From positions 21,611 through 85,610 of the IMG/VR virus record IMGVR_UViG_3300022555_000031: 64,000 bases of DNA. The stretch is one strand, 5' to 3'. The stretch comes from a virus (lineage: Duplodnaviria; Caudoviricetes). This document shows, piece by piece, positions 28,649 through 39,500 of the stretch (positions are counted from its first letter, which is position 1; each line of letters opens with the position of its first letter). The notes below the pieces were generated by a model. The model saw nothing but the letters and a program-made list of their open reading frames with translations. It had not been told where the DNA came from and did no database searches. The position numbers were made by a program, and so were the translations under genes.

Positions 28649-28861
28649 ATGGCAGATTTACAGGTAGTTCAAACTCAAGTATCACAAGTAAAGGTTGGAG
28701 CTGTTCAGGTAGGATTGAAGTCTGGAGATAGGATTGTAACAGTAATAAATCCGACTACTCTCGAAGGTGGAACTATTGTGACAGAGGGTACTGTTCCAGC
28801 CGGAAAAACAATGAAGGGTTGGGCGGGTGCTGTTTCTGGACAATTAACAGATGCAAAGTGA
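28649..28861 (+). CDS. small beta-rich hypothetical (structural?) protein
   Basis: AAGGAGG RBS. Confidence 0.6.
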   Translation: MADLQVVQTQVSQVKVGAVQVGLKSGDRIVTVINPTTLEGGTIVTEGTVPAGKTMKGWAGAVSGQLTDAK

Positions 28862-29044
28862 GCAATGTCAGATAGCTTGAAATAGCTGAGTTAAAGATAG
28901 AACACTTAAAAGAAATTGTTGATTCTTTAGCTATTATGTTTGAGTTTAAGAAAAGATAGGAGGAAGGATGACAGTAGGTGCAGGCTTATATAAACAAGTG
29001 CAAAGCGGTGAAGGCGAAATTTCCGAAGACGAGTAAATAATGAC

Positions 29045-29245
29045 ATGGATGCCCGTGGACATGAAATATTGCAAAGCATCAGCAGGAGGTATCACGACCT
29101 CTTGAAGGTTGGGGTGGTGCCACTGACTATGAGTTTCAGGGAGTTCATAGTAGAGGACTTGAAGATAGATAATATCCCTGAAGAGGTGAATGTCGAAAGG
29201 GAATACTTGCAACAGACGGAAGAGTTTACCGACCTGTGTAAGTAA
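29045..29245 (+). CDS. hypothetical protein
   Basis: 66-aa ORF. Confidence 0.45.
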   Translation: MDARGHEILQSISRRYHDLLKVGVVPLTMSFREFIVEDLKIDNIPEEVNVEREYLQQTEEFTDLCK

Positions 29246-29256
29246 AGGGGACGGCC

Positions 29257-29838
29257 ATGACGGAGATGAATGGACAGAAGTTCTACACAGAGGATGAAGT
29301 CGAGGGGTTAGTCGACCAGCGGGTGAAGTATAAGCGTCGGGAATCCGACAGGATTATCGGGGACACACTTCTCTCTCTCAATGGCACGCTCGAGACGTTC
29401 GGTAAGCAGATGCAAGGATACAGTAATCAGATGGTAGAGCTCACGGTTAACTTGAGGGATGTAACTCTTCACCTAAATAAGCATGATGCTATTATTCACG
29501 GCAATGGCAGAGAGGGCATGATAACCTGCTTGTCGAAGACGGTAAGTTCGGTTGAGGCAGTCTGCAGGGATGTGTGGGATAAGGATAAGGGCCTGCCAGC
29601 CATCAATGCCAAGCTGGATGTCATTATGGAGAGGAAGAAGGATTACGATAAGAACCTGGTCGATGTGGAGAAGTTGAGAATCGAGGACTTGCACGCTATT
29701 AGGGCAGACATAGGAAGGGTGAAGGGACGAATTAACACTATCACCGCAGTATGGGGTGCGGTAGCAGGTATATGCGGATTCATTGTCGGGAAAGTTGCCG
29801 ATGGGTTCATAGCCAATATGTTTAAGGGTAAGGGATGA
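29257..29838 (+). CDS. coiled-coil protein with C-terminal TM helix (holin-like?)
   Basis: Long heptad region followed by AVWGAVAGICGFIVG. Confidence 0.5.
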   Translation: MTEMNGQKFYTEDEVEGLVDQRVKYKRRESDRIIGDTLLSLNGTLETFGKQMQGYSNQMVELTVNLRDVTLHLNKHDAIIHGNGREGMITCLSKTVSSVEAVCRDVWDKDKGLPAINAKLDVIMERKKDYDKNLVDVEKLRIEDLHAIRADIGRVKGRINTITAVWGAVAGICGFIVGKVADGFIANMFKGKG

Positions 29839-29890
29839 AAAAGTCAAAGTAAAGCATAAAAAGAAAACTAAGAATCAAGGGAGGAGTAAT

Positions 29891-30220
29891 ATGGGTGGAA
29901 TATTATTCAAGATGCCCGATGTGGCACAGAAGTCAACCAAGTTGGACCCGAAGGCCTTGAAGGCCGACCTCTATTATCAAATGGAGGAGAACAAACGGGA
30001 AGGCAGAATCCGCCAGGATATGGGGTTCTGCGAATACCTATCTAAATGCTACGATACGCTTGAGGGCAGGAAGGATGAGATTAAGGTCCTTCTGGGGGCG
30101 GGTAACCTGAATGTCAGCGGTTACAACGCCATGCTTGAAGAGATAAAACAAGTGCAGGACGTATTAAAAAATATTGACCGTGATTCGCCCATCTCTGTTT
30201 TGTCGTCAAAGGTGCCATAA
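29891..30220 (+). CDS. hypothetical protein
   Basis: GGAGGAG RBS. Confidence 0.6.
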   Translation: MGGILFKMPDVAQKSTKLDPKALKADLYYQMEENKREGRIRQDMGFCEYLSKCYDTLEGRKDEIKVLLGAGNLNVSGYNAMLEEIKQVQDVLKNIDRDSPISVLSSKVP

Positions 30221-30337
30221 ATGATTAAAGGCGGAAAGCATAGCGAGGAGACTAAGAGGAAAATGAGTGAGGCTCGCTCTGGTGAGCGTAATGCTTTTTA
30301 TGGAAAACGACATACAAGTGTCTTGGTCGGGAAGTGA
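30221..30337 (+). pseudogene. NUMOD3 motif remnant of a homing endonuclease
   Basis: Translated by hand: MIKGGKHSEETKRKMSEARSGERNAFYGKRHT. Confidence 0.65.
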
Positions 30338-30338
30338 G

Positions 30339-33300
30339 ATGCCCACTAAAACGATACAGATAACACTGCTTGACAGTCTTGGGCCCACGAGGCAATCATC
30401 TTTTTGGTACGACGGGATAGTGGCGATTAGCACCAATTGCAAGGTGGTGGCTGAAGGGGAGCTGAGGGTGGTCTTTAAACCAGACAAGGCCTACATTGGT
30501 GTGTCTGCGGTGGAAAAGGCAATGGACTTGGGGTTGGACGACGACACTCTGCCGAATGCAATTGGGGCATTTGTATACAGCAATTGGTACGAGGTTCAAC
30601 CTGTCACAAATATAGCGAGAGATATTGTGCCCACGGAGTTGGACAATATTGTTGAGGGTGACGACATTGAGAGCATAAAGGAAGCGTTGATTTTTTGGGA
30701 GAACGAGATTGCGGACCAAGAGGGGTATACTCCCGAGTTTGTTTTCAGGGGGTTTCAGGATGACAGAAATATTCTTTTAAGAGAAGGGGGAGCGACAATG
30801 CCCAGAATAGCCAAAGAGGGAATGGTTAGCCGAGTTGACCAGCGGTTCGACCGTGAGGCCGAGCTTATTGCACAAGGGACCACTATCACTATCCAGGCTG
30901 ATGGTGAACCAAAGATGCTCTCCGTCTCTCAGCGTAAAACCGACAATGGGTTTGAATATGAGGCTCATGACGTTTTAACCAACGAAAAGATTAAGGTGGC
31001 GAGTGTAGAGCAGGTTAAGACGCTTTACGCTTTGCAATCTTTAATCGAGCAGTGTTTTGGTTTAGGGAAAGAAAGTGCTAAGGTAGCGGACCTTGCACAG
31101 CAGGCCCTTCTCAACCTATACGGCCTGCCTGAGTTCAAGGAAAAGTATAAACCCCTGCAGGCTGATAAGGTTGCCGAGACTGGATACGCCCACAACATCC
31201 TCTCACAGGTTTATTCCGATGCAGAGCTGGAGAAGATAATTGCATTAAGACACAACGTGGACAAGGACCTGGCACTGCTTAAAGAGATAGCGTTGTACCT
31301 GAGGAAAGAGGTTTACGCCCAGGTCGCTTATATGGCCACGAAGATGACCCAGCAACTTCACGACAGTGGTGTTGATGTGGATGAGGCCTGTAAGACGGTG
31401 ATGGATGTGTATGGGGCCTTTGATAAGATGCTGGATGGCGATAACCCTATCGGGAATAAGCGGGTTGGTATCATAGAGTTTGGGGTCAGACATTATTACG
31501 TTTCAGTGGATAGGAAAGCTGAATACGACGGCATCATAAAAAACCTGGAAGACAGTGCTCAGTTGGTAATACGGCTTGTTGAATCTGGCCTGGCGTATGA
31601 TGAGATAGTCACTGAGCTGGAGAAGGCGAATGACGGGAAACCGCTACCGTCAAGTTCCCGTGCGATAGCGTTGCTGAACAACATTTTCCCTGAGAAAAAG
31701 TGGAGTCAGATGTTCAGGGGTGGTTTAGCGAACTACCAGTTTATTCGGACTGGGGAATCCATCGGGAGCATTTCCGAGGGAGACAAGATAGTTATCAAAC
31801 ATAAAGACCTTGACGTAATGAAAGGGGTCGTTAAGTGGATAGACGAAGAAGCAAATGTCGTCCGAGTTGAGACGGAATTCGTAGGAGCGGAAGACCGTGG
31901 CACCATGATGCACGACTTCAATTACTACGAGTTTATGAAGAAGGTAGACGAGAAAGAGATAGTGAAGACTGCCTGGGGCGAGGGGAAGCATTATAAACTA
32001 ACTTTGTCCCCAGTTGTTCCTGAAGGTTACGGTGATTTATTTGCCACCCAGGAGCAGAACGAAGAGCATTTTAGGTATACCACGATGCGGAGATACCTGG
32101 ACGTAAATGACCTTGGGAGTGGCCCGAACTATGTTTATTTCTCAGAGAAGATACTCCCGAAGATAATGAGGGTACTTGAAAGGGATGTGGCAAAGGGCAA
32201 TGTCGATTCAGACTCAGTCCTGCTTGAGCAAGTGGTTGGTGGTGGCAGTGAAGTCGCCGAGTCGTGGCATGGATGGGATGAAATCAAAGGCATGGGGAAG
32301 ATTGCGATGATGAAAGAAGCAGACCTCCGCATGGCGTATTTTGTAAACCATATACCAGTTGGGGGGAAGTATCCCATCTGTGCGTGCATGGAGAACAGGC
32401 GTGGATACACTCAGCACATGACGAATTCTTACGATACACTTGAAGAGGCAGAAGCGGAAGCCGATAGGCTTAATGAGGAGATGGGGATATCCAAGAAGGA
32501 CTCCATGACAATCGTGTTGCGTTCGATGGGGGCTGGGAATAGGCCCATTATAGATAAACCCGAAGCGAAATATACTGTAATAATCGATGACACTGGTTTA
32601 AGGGATTCCGAGATGGAGATGCTTCACGAGTTCATAGGCGGACAATTCGGTGAAACTCCATACGGGACTATCGAGGGGCAGGTGTTTGAGGGTAAACTTG
32701 AGAGCTTAATTATGGCCCTTGAGAAGCTCGTGAAGGCCAAGAAGATTGGCAAGGATGTTATTCTTAATAGCGAGGAAGGCGAGTGGAAGGGTTTGCGTGA
32801 GATAAAGAAACGGTTCAAGGTCCAGACTACTCTCGAAAGAGAGGGGGCAGTGGGGTTGGGTAATGTGAGATTTATTATTGATTGGTGGGGCGACGACGAG
32901 GATAATGATATTGATTTAGCGGACTTGATAGACATGCTTGACAATGCCGAGGTTGAATATCCAGATGAAGAAGATATTGGGGAGTGTATGGTTGTTAGAG
33001 GTGAAATCATACCAGACGGGTCCAAGATTGGCGAGTTGCTCCACAAATTAGGTCTGTATGAGGTAAGCGGGAAGGTCCAAAACGATGGCGTGACTGCAAA
33101 GTATAATGGAATGGGATACAATGGCCTGAGGACCATCAGGGAAGCTTACAAGAGTGGCAACCTTGAACCTCAGAACATTTTGGAGCGGGAAGGCAAGGTG
33201 GTAAGAACTGCATCCAGGCCAATTAAAAGGGACTGGGCGGTTAGCATGGTAAGGGGCAGGGACCTTGTGGGTGTATATTTCGCCGATACTGATGGGTGTG

Positions 33301-35498
33301 ATACGTTGGTTGAATGCCACCCTAATCTGGCGGACAAGATAATTGAAAGATGGAATAACGGGGATTATGATGAGGCGGACGCCAAGACCATATTGCAACA
33401 GTGGGTGTCCAAGAAAGTTGTCAATCCGCTTAATAGGATTGGTGGCAAGATTCAAGTAATGGTAAGGAAGGCTGGCTGGGTAACTGGCGAGCCTGCAGAG
33501 GTTGTCGTAGAGACTGCCTTCGCACTCTGGCTTGAGTCAGACGAAATCCGAGACATCGTTGCCGATATCGTTAAGATTAACCCTGGATTAAAAGAACAAG
33601 AGAGCAGGGATGACCTTGAACGCCAGGTGTTCGACCGCATAGAAAATATGCTCCACGAGGAAGCCAGTAAGAAGCTGAGTGGAGTAAGGGAGATAGGGAC
33701 CGACTACGATTTCGATATCAACAAACAGGAAGTAGGATACATTATAAACGAGGTAGTTAACACTCCGCCAGAAGGTGAAGAGCCGAAGACAGTAGTTGAA
33801 GCCAGTGGCAAGAGGTCGTGTAAGTATTACGAGACCTGCGGTAGCCCAGCGAACTGCCAGGCGTGTAAGGGTGGGTATGTGAAGAAAGAAAAGAGGGCGG
33901 AGTTTGGTGCTTATTATTCCGTTTGGGATAACCAATGTAACACTTGGCTGGCAACTGGCAGTAATAGTGATACTCGTGAAGAGGCGATACGTGATGCTTT
34001 TGAGTATATAGTCAGTGGCAGTGATGACTATAATGAGGCTGATTATGCGGGTTTTACATTGGAGGACATGGAAAACGAATTGAGTGCCTATGAATACGAG
34101 GTAAAACGGCACGTCGGACGGATAAAGGATAATGCGTTGGGGCTTGCGGGAGAGGAGGAGTTTGGTGGTAGGGCGACAAAAGAAGTCCAATTGGATGCCG
34201 AGAATATTCTGCTGAGGGAATCATCTTTAAGCAAAGAATCCAGGAGCAATTACGATGTTATAGAGGCGTTCATTGCCAACAACTTTCCAGAAAAAGACGG
34301 GTGGGGAACGAGACATTTGTATGTTATGCAAGAGAGGGGTGGTTGGGCGTTGGTCAACAACTATTCAACCCCGATAGTTTTTAGGAGGGATTCTGACGGT
34401 AGGATGTTTTTTAATACTGATAAATATTCTGTAACTACGAGCAAAATACAAACTTTTATCCGCAGGGAGTTGGAGCAGGCAGGGGCTACTGCGGATTTGG
34501 TTGACGAGGAAGGCATTAAGATGGCAATAAGTGGTGAGATAGACCCCGCCAATATTCTACTGAGGGAAGGCGGGGGGAATAGGCATATTGGCTGTGACTG
34601 TATAGCGTGCAGGCTTGGGTTGAATGCTAAAGCTAAAACGGCTGGAGAGAAAGAGGAAGCGATTACAACTACACTTGACCAGCTTGGCCCTGGTGATAAG
34701 TTTGCGTTTGTAACGGAGCCAGAGAAAGTATTTGTCTTGATAAGCAAGGACGACACGGTTGGATATTTGGTGCAAAGAGAAGGTGGCACCAAGAGAATAC
34801 CGCTTGACCCTGGGGTTGGGAAGAAGCAGGTATTTTGGTGGGGTGGGAAGGATGAAAGTGCTTCCCCAATGGCCGAGGGTGGAATGGGCGAAGGCGAAGC
34901 CCAGCAGGCGGAGAATGTCCAGGAGTCTGCTCCTGAGCCAGAGAAGGAAGAGGCCAAGAAGCCAGAGGCAGTTACAACCATACTAAAGAAACTTAATAAC
35001 GGCGACAGATTTGCGTTCGTCAAAGACCCTAAAAAGATTTTTGTCTTTATGTCTGGCGAGGAAGGTGTTGGATGGATAGTGAATAGTGGTGGGCCCAACA
35101 CCCTTCTTAAATCTGAAGTCGGAGATGAGCAGGTGTTTTTGTGGACTGGCGAGGAAACAGCTCCCAGTGGTGGGGCCAAGCAAGAACAGCCAACCCAAAA
35201 GAAAGAAGAGCCAGTTGAAGAAGAGGGATGGCAGACCGTTGGAGACATGGAGATAGGGGATAGTTTTATTGAACAGGGTGGTAAAACCAGGATGACGATG
35301 ATAGGTATTTACCCCCAGTATGATTTTTATTTCTGGGTAGATGCAGATAACCAACCGCATGTGAGCGAGATTCCAAGGGTGAAAGACATAAAAGTTAAAA
35401 AGATAGGGGCTTATAAGGTTGAGCGGGCGAAGGAGCTCGCTAAGATTCACAAGGACTATTTACAGGCATTGGTCCAAGAGAAGTTGGGCAGACAATAA
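30339..35498 (+). CDS. modular polyprotein C (about 1720 aa; 5 junction motifs)
   Basis: Motifs at 30768, 32826, 33174, 34203 and 34551; start moved to 30339, after the NUMOD3 remnant. Confidence 0.75.
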   Translation: MPTKTIQITLLDSLGPTRQSSFWYDGIVAISTNCKVVAEGELRVVFKPDKAYIGVSAVEKAMDLGLDDDTLPNAIGAFVYSNWYEVQPVTNIARDIVPTELDNIVEGDDIESIKEALIFWENEIADQEGYTPEFVFRGFQDDRNILLREGGATMPRIAKEGMVSRVDQRFDREAELIAQGTTITIQADGEPKMLSVSQRKTDNGFEYEAHDVLTNEKIKVASVEQVKTLYALQSLIEQCFGLGKESAKVADLAQQALLNLYGLPEFKEKYKPLQADKVAETGYAHNILSQVYSDAELEKIIALRHNVDKDLALLKEIALYLRKEVYAQVAYMATKMTQQLHDSGVDVDEACKTVMDVYGAFDKMLDGDNPIGNKRVGIIEFGVRHYYVSVDRKAEYDGIIKNLEDSAQLVIRLVESGLAYDEIVTELEKANDGKPLPSSSRAIALLNNIFPEKKWSQMFRGGLANYQFIRTGESIGSISEGDKIVIKHKDLDVMKGVVKWIDEEANVVRVETEFVGAEDRGTMMHDFNYYEFMKKVDEKEIVKTAWGEGKHYKLTLSPVVPEGYGDLFATQEQNEEHFRYTTMRRYLDVNDLGSGPNYVYFSEKILPKIMRVLERDVAKGNVDSDSVLLEQVVGGGSEVAESWHGWDEIKGMGKIAMMKEADLRMAYFVNHIPVGGKYPICACMENRRGYTQHMTNSYDTLEEAEAEADRLNEEMGISKKDSMTIVLRSMGAGNRPIIDKPEAKYTVIIDDTGLRDSEMEMLHEFIGGQFGETPYGTIEGQVFEGKLESLIMALEKLVKAKKIGKDVILNSEEGEWKGLREIKKRFKVQTTLEREGAVGLGNVRFIIDWWGDDEDNDIDLADLIDMLDNAEVEYPDEEDIGECMVVRGEIIPDGSKIGELLHKLGLYEVSGKVQNDGVTAKYNGMGYNGLRTIREAYKSGNLEPQNILEREGKVVRTASRPIKRDWAVSMVRGRDLVGVYFADTDGCDTLVECHPNLADKIIERWNNGDYDEADAKTILQQWVSKKVVNPLNRIGGKIQVMVRKAGWVTGEPAEVVVETAFALWLESDEIRDIVADIVKINPGLKEQESRDDLERQVFDRIENMLHEEASKKLSGVREIGTDYDFDINKQEVGYIINEVVNTPPEGEEPKTVVEASGKRSCKYYETCGSPANCQACKGGYVKKEKRAEFGAYYSVWDNQCNTWLATGSNSDTREEAIRDAFEYIVSGSDDYNEADYAGFTLEDMENELSAYEYEVKRHVGRIKDNALGLAGEEEFGGRATKEVQLDAENILLRESSLSKESRSNYDVIEAFIANNFPEKDGWGTRHLYVMQERGGWALVNNYSTPIVFRRDSDGRMFFNTDKYSVTTSKIQTFIRRELEQAGATADLVDEEGIKMAISGEIDPANILLREGGGNRHIGCDCIACRLGLNAKAKTAGEKEEAITTTLDQLGPGDKFAFVTEPEKVFVLISKDDTVGYLVQREGGTKRIPLDPGVGKKQVFWWGGKDESASPMAEGGMGEGEAQQAENVQESAPEPEKEEAKKPEAVTTILKKLNNGDRFAFVKDPKKIFVFMSGEEGVGWIVNSGGPNTLLKSEVGDEQVFLWTGEETAPSGGAKQEQPTQKKEEPVEEEGWQTVGDMEIGDSFIEQGGKTRMTMIGIYPQYDFYFWVDADNQPHVSEIPRVKDIKVKKIGAYKVERAKELAKIHKDYLQALVQEKLGRQ

Positions 35499-35531
35499 GA
35501 TTATTTCCCTAACGGGAAGGAGGATTTCAAA

Positions 35532-36278
35532 ATGCTTATAAAGAATAATACGACAGACCAGATTCTCGTAATAAGGGATATGACCTCAAACAGCCAATCC
35601 CAACTTGGCCTTACGCTTGCACCGCAGGCCCAGGTTGCTGTGAGTGACGTAGAGGCGGGGGAATCGAAAGACCTTAAAGTCTATGTTGACGCAGGTCTTG
35701 TGGTAATACTCAGCCAATCCGAGACTGATGTGCTTGGAATAGCGACTGATGCCCAGGCGGTAATTGATGTGACGGCGGGAGTATCTGCTCATGCGACACT
35801 TGCGACAGGGATACACGGTGTCGGTGCTTCTACGGTTGAGTCGGTGTCAGGTTCGGCGGGCAAGGTTTCAACGCATGCGGGGCTTACGACTGGCGTTCAC
35901 GGGGTAGGTGCTGGGACGATAGCGAAGGTTGCGGACATAGCGTCCGACACTAACCTCTCGGCCAACGCACAAGATGCGGTAAGCAAGAGGCATGACGGCA
36001 CACTTCAGGTTGCCAAGGCTGACCTTGCGAGCGGGCGGGCCACGGTAACGGCAGTTGGCGGAGTAAGTTCCGCAATCGCTCTGACTGGCTGGGGAACGAC
36101 CTATAAAGTCGTTGCGAGCATCGTAAGCGGGCCAGCGACGGCGGTAGTTGCTATCGTTACACAGTCTTCGGCTTCGTTCACGATAACCATCGCAACTGAT
36201 GCGACTGGTGCGACACCAGTTGACTGCTCTTCGGTCAACGCTATCGTTAACTGGATAGCAATCAAGGACACACTATAA
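35532..36278 (+). CDS. putative head/tail fibre or decoration protein
   Basis: Two HxxLxTG[IV]HGVGA repeats; small-residue-rich; GGAGG RBS. Confidence 0.55.
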   Translation: MLIKNNTTDQILVIRDMTSNSQSQLGLTLAPQAQVAVSDVEAGESKDLKVYVDAGLVVILSQSETDVLGIATDAQAVIDVTAGVSAHATLATGIHGVGASTVESVSGSAGKVSTHAGLTTGVHGVGAGTIAKVADIASDTNLSANAQDAVSKRHDGTLQVAKADLASGRATVTAVGGVSSAIALTGWGTTYKVVASIVSGPATAVVAIVTQSSASFTITIATDATGATPVDCSSVNAIVNWIAIKDTL

Positions 36279-36313
36279 TTCATTAACAAATTCCATATAA
36301 GGAGGGTAAAAAT

Positions 36314-36538
36314 ATGGCAATAGTAAAGGAACAACTGCAACCTGCATATATTGAGGTTCAGAGGAAACTTGACGATGCGGGCACTTTCAACCACGCTTCT
36401 TTCCTGGTGAAAGACCAGCAATCAGCCACGTTTCTCGTTCCGCCTGTCGTAAGATTTATACCGAGTGCTCCGAGCAATTTCGGGTATAAATATGCGGGCG
36501 TGAACGTAGTCTCTGCACCGCTTTGCAACGTCCAGTAA
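36314..36538 (+). CDS. hypothetical protein
   Basis: AAGGAGG RBS. Confidence 0.6.
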   Translation: MAIVKEQLQPAYIEVQRKLDDAGTFNHASFLVKDQQSATFLVPPVVRFIPSAPSNFGYKYAGVNVVSAPLCNVQ

Positions 36539-36548
36539 TCATTTGATA

Positions 36549-36574
36549 TCTGGGGGAGGACACCCTCCCCCAGA
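36549..36574. terminator. GC-rich intergenic hairpin (terminator or processing site)
   Basis: Perfect 11-bp stem TCTGGGGGAGG/CCTCCCCCAGA with a 4-nt loop; no strong U-tract. Confidence 0.5.
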
Positions 36575-36591
36575 CATACTACAGGAGACGA

Positions 36592-39500
36592 ATGTCTATA
36601 CTGCTGAACTTACATACAGCCGAGGAGCAACTTAAACTTTTTGACGACTCACCTGGTAAAGGGGAAGTTAAAAAGGAAGAGAAGCCCCAGGGTCGAGTAG
36701 GCTTTAGAGCAGACTGGCAGAGTATTTGGGACGAGCAGGACGACGCAATGTATTCCGAATACTTCGACTGGCATTCAACCTTACCAGCTTGGCTCTCCAA
36801 GCAGTGGATAAGGCGTTTTGTTATTAAGGAAGACGGAGAGCAGTATCCTATACAGATGCTTGAACGTATGAGCGATAAACAGTTGAGCGGTATGTTCAAA
36901 CGTTACTATGGGGATGCGTTGAAGGGTCAGGTCCATACGGCAAAGAGAGAAGACAGTCTCGAGCCGACTCTTGGCGGGGACCTGGGGTCTGAGCAGGGTA
37001 TTCCGCTTGTTAATTTTCATTCAGAGGAGGATGCGGAGAGGTTCTTAAATGCGACCAAGGGGCTCAAGTTAAACTTTCATTGGGAAAGACAGGGCCAGGT
37101 TGTTGTATTAAACGACCCAAGGTTTGGAAGCACAGAGGTTAAGTCTTATGTAAAAGGATTCATAGACCCCAACGAAGAAACTTCATACCTTGCTGGCCAG
37201 GATATGCAGATGATGGCTGAAGCTGTGGGGAAAGTAGAGAAGACGGCCAATCAAAAAATGACCAGTAGCAGTGCCTTTATTATGCCCAATGGAAGATTAC
37301 AGCCAGTGTGGTCGCATGAAGGTTGGCTTGCTGAGCAACACAGAGAGTTAACCGAGATGCTGGACGCTGGATGGATACGGATATCCACGATGTCTCCACA
37401 GGAAGTTGGCTTGGAGTTCAGCGTATTAGATGATGATTCTGCTGAAAGAATAGAGAAGTTCTTGAAGGTAAATTCATTCACTGTCGTAACAGTAGATTGC
37501 ATGGACGGTGTCAAGCAGTTAAAGATAAAAGATATTCTTCGGGACGGGTTCTGGACTGCCTTCAGGAAGGCTGAAGAGGGCTTTTCGTATACAGACGAGT
37601 CCCTTCGCTATAAGCCTTACCAGCCCCAAGAGGGTGTCGGCACGGACAGAATCCTTCCCCCGTTTGCCAGTAGACATACAAATATGACCAAGACTGCCCT
37701 GTTTGCGGGGAGTGGAGTAATCGACCCCAAGGGAAATTTCAAGACCGTTTTCACTCATGACAACTTCGCAGAAGAAATGGGCATGACTCCGCAGGAAGTT
37801 CTGAAGGCGGGATACGTTAGAATATCTGTTTACTCACTGAGACTTGTGGGCGTACAGTTCTGGGAAGAGACGCCAGAGATTTTGATGCGGATAGACAACT
37901 TCCTTGTGGAGAATCCGTATCGGAAGGTGAGGGTGGAGGTCGCAAGTAAGGAAAATACTTACAAGGAACTTTCTATTGAAGACATCCTGGACTTTGGCTT
38001 CGAAGGGGCCCTGCACGGGAAGGCTAAGGACAGGGAGTGGCTACCAGGTGCACGGAAAGAAACATTAACGAAGAAAGCTGACGGTATATTTGAATATGAC
38101 CAGAACGCTATGGATGCGATGTCGGACGGCTCAAGGGGTCAGCAGACAAGAAGCATAGAGTATCTGCCACAGGACCAGAAGCAGTGGTGGCTGGAATACC
38201 TGGAGAAGGGCAAGAAGAACTTCCCAGGGAAAAAAGATACGGTCCCGCCAGAGAGTGAAGAGGGTGGCGTATCGGTGGCGGGTAAGAACGCCAAAGTAAA
38301 GACCGCAGGGATAAACTTCGTGGGCAACTATGTGTTTTATCCTGACGGCAGGTTTGAGTTTTATAAGGCACAAATAGATGAGCATGTAACCTATCCAGAG
38401 AACTGGCTCGAGTGGGACGATAGAACGTTTGGCCAAATGATGAGGGATGGTGCAACTATAGGGACCTTGTGGGCCCGTATCGATTACGGGTGGGATAAAG
38501 AAAAGGACATCGACCTTGGTATCATCACCTATGACCTTGAGGTGAGGAACCATCGTGGAGATTTATCCGATGAGCAGGTTAAGAAAATCATGGACGCCTT
38601 TGGTATAACGGCCAGACCAAGGACAAGAGACAGGGGTGGCGAAGAGATAGTAATGCCCAAGGACGAAGCAATAAACTTTATCAACGGCAGAATCAACATC
38701 CTTCTGCGTGAGGGAGCAAAGAAACCTAAAGGCCAGAGGGATGATGTTGGGGCGGAAGAGCAAATATTAGAATACATAGAAAACGCATCCCGCTTTGCGG
38801 ACCAGGGTAATGCTGGTATGTTTGCGGGAGCACTCTATCAATTGATGGGTGGTGGCAAAATTTATGTCATTATGGATGAAGCTGGTGACGTTTATAATGT
38901 GGCATTCTTCTATGAGGATAAGTTTTACGACATGATGGGTATTGTGACCAAGGAAGAGCTACTGGACTCGTTCCAATATAATGGAGATGTTGATGAGAAC
39001 GGCGTGGGCGTTAAGATGGATTTGGTGGAATGTAATTGGATGGATGCGGAATACGCCATGCCGTATGCTTCAGCGTATATGGACGAGATAATCTCGGCCA
39101 TGATGGGGCAGGAGAGTGTCGCAGAAGAGGACGACTGGCGGAAGTCTTATAATAAATACATGGGGGAATACAATAAGTGGCAAGGCGAGTATCCCGAATA
39201 CTCGTCAAAAGATTGGGCGAATTATAAGTATGAACCGCCTAAAGACGAGGAGATTACCCTGGAGTCTTTGTATCCAGATATCATGCAAGACCTGGCTCCG
39301 ATATTCCAGCAATACGGAGTTGGCCAGGATATTTTGAACGGGTTAAAAGTCATCAAGACCCATGTATATGCTCCGTTCTACGCTATCATGGAGAAGCAGA
39401 CGATAACTTTGTATTCGCTGTTTTTCGGGCTCCAGGAGCCAATCCGTAAGGCGAAACTGCTTCACGAGATTGCCCATTATATCCAGGAGAAGACTGGGAC

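Larger units (their letters stand above)
13559..38715 (+). repeat. dispersed peptide repeat N-I-L-[L/E/T]-R-E-[G/S] (23 canonical and about 5 degenerate copies in 5 ORFs)
   Basis: Counted in the translations: 5 in 13223-16954, 12+4 in 17755-25806, 1 in 25872-26156, 4+1 in 30339-35498, 1 in 36592-40665; codons vary synonymously. Confidence 0.95.

Noticed and set aside
13559-38715. NILLREG-coding repeats as a CRISPR array or DNA att-type repeat
   Set aside because: Spacing is about 450 nt or more, the copies are in frame, and the DNA varies synonymously; no cas genes apart from an isolated mCpol domain
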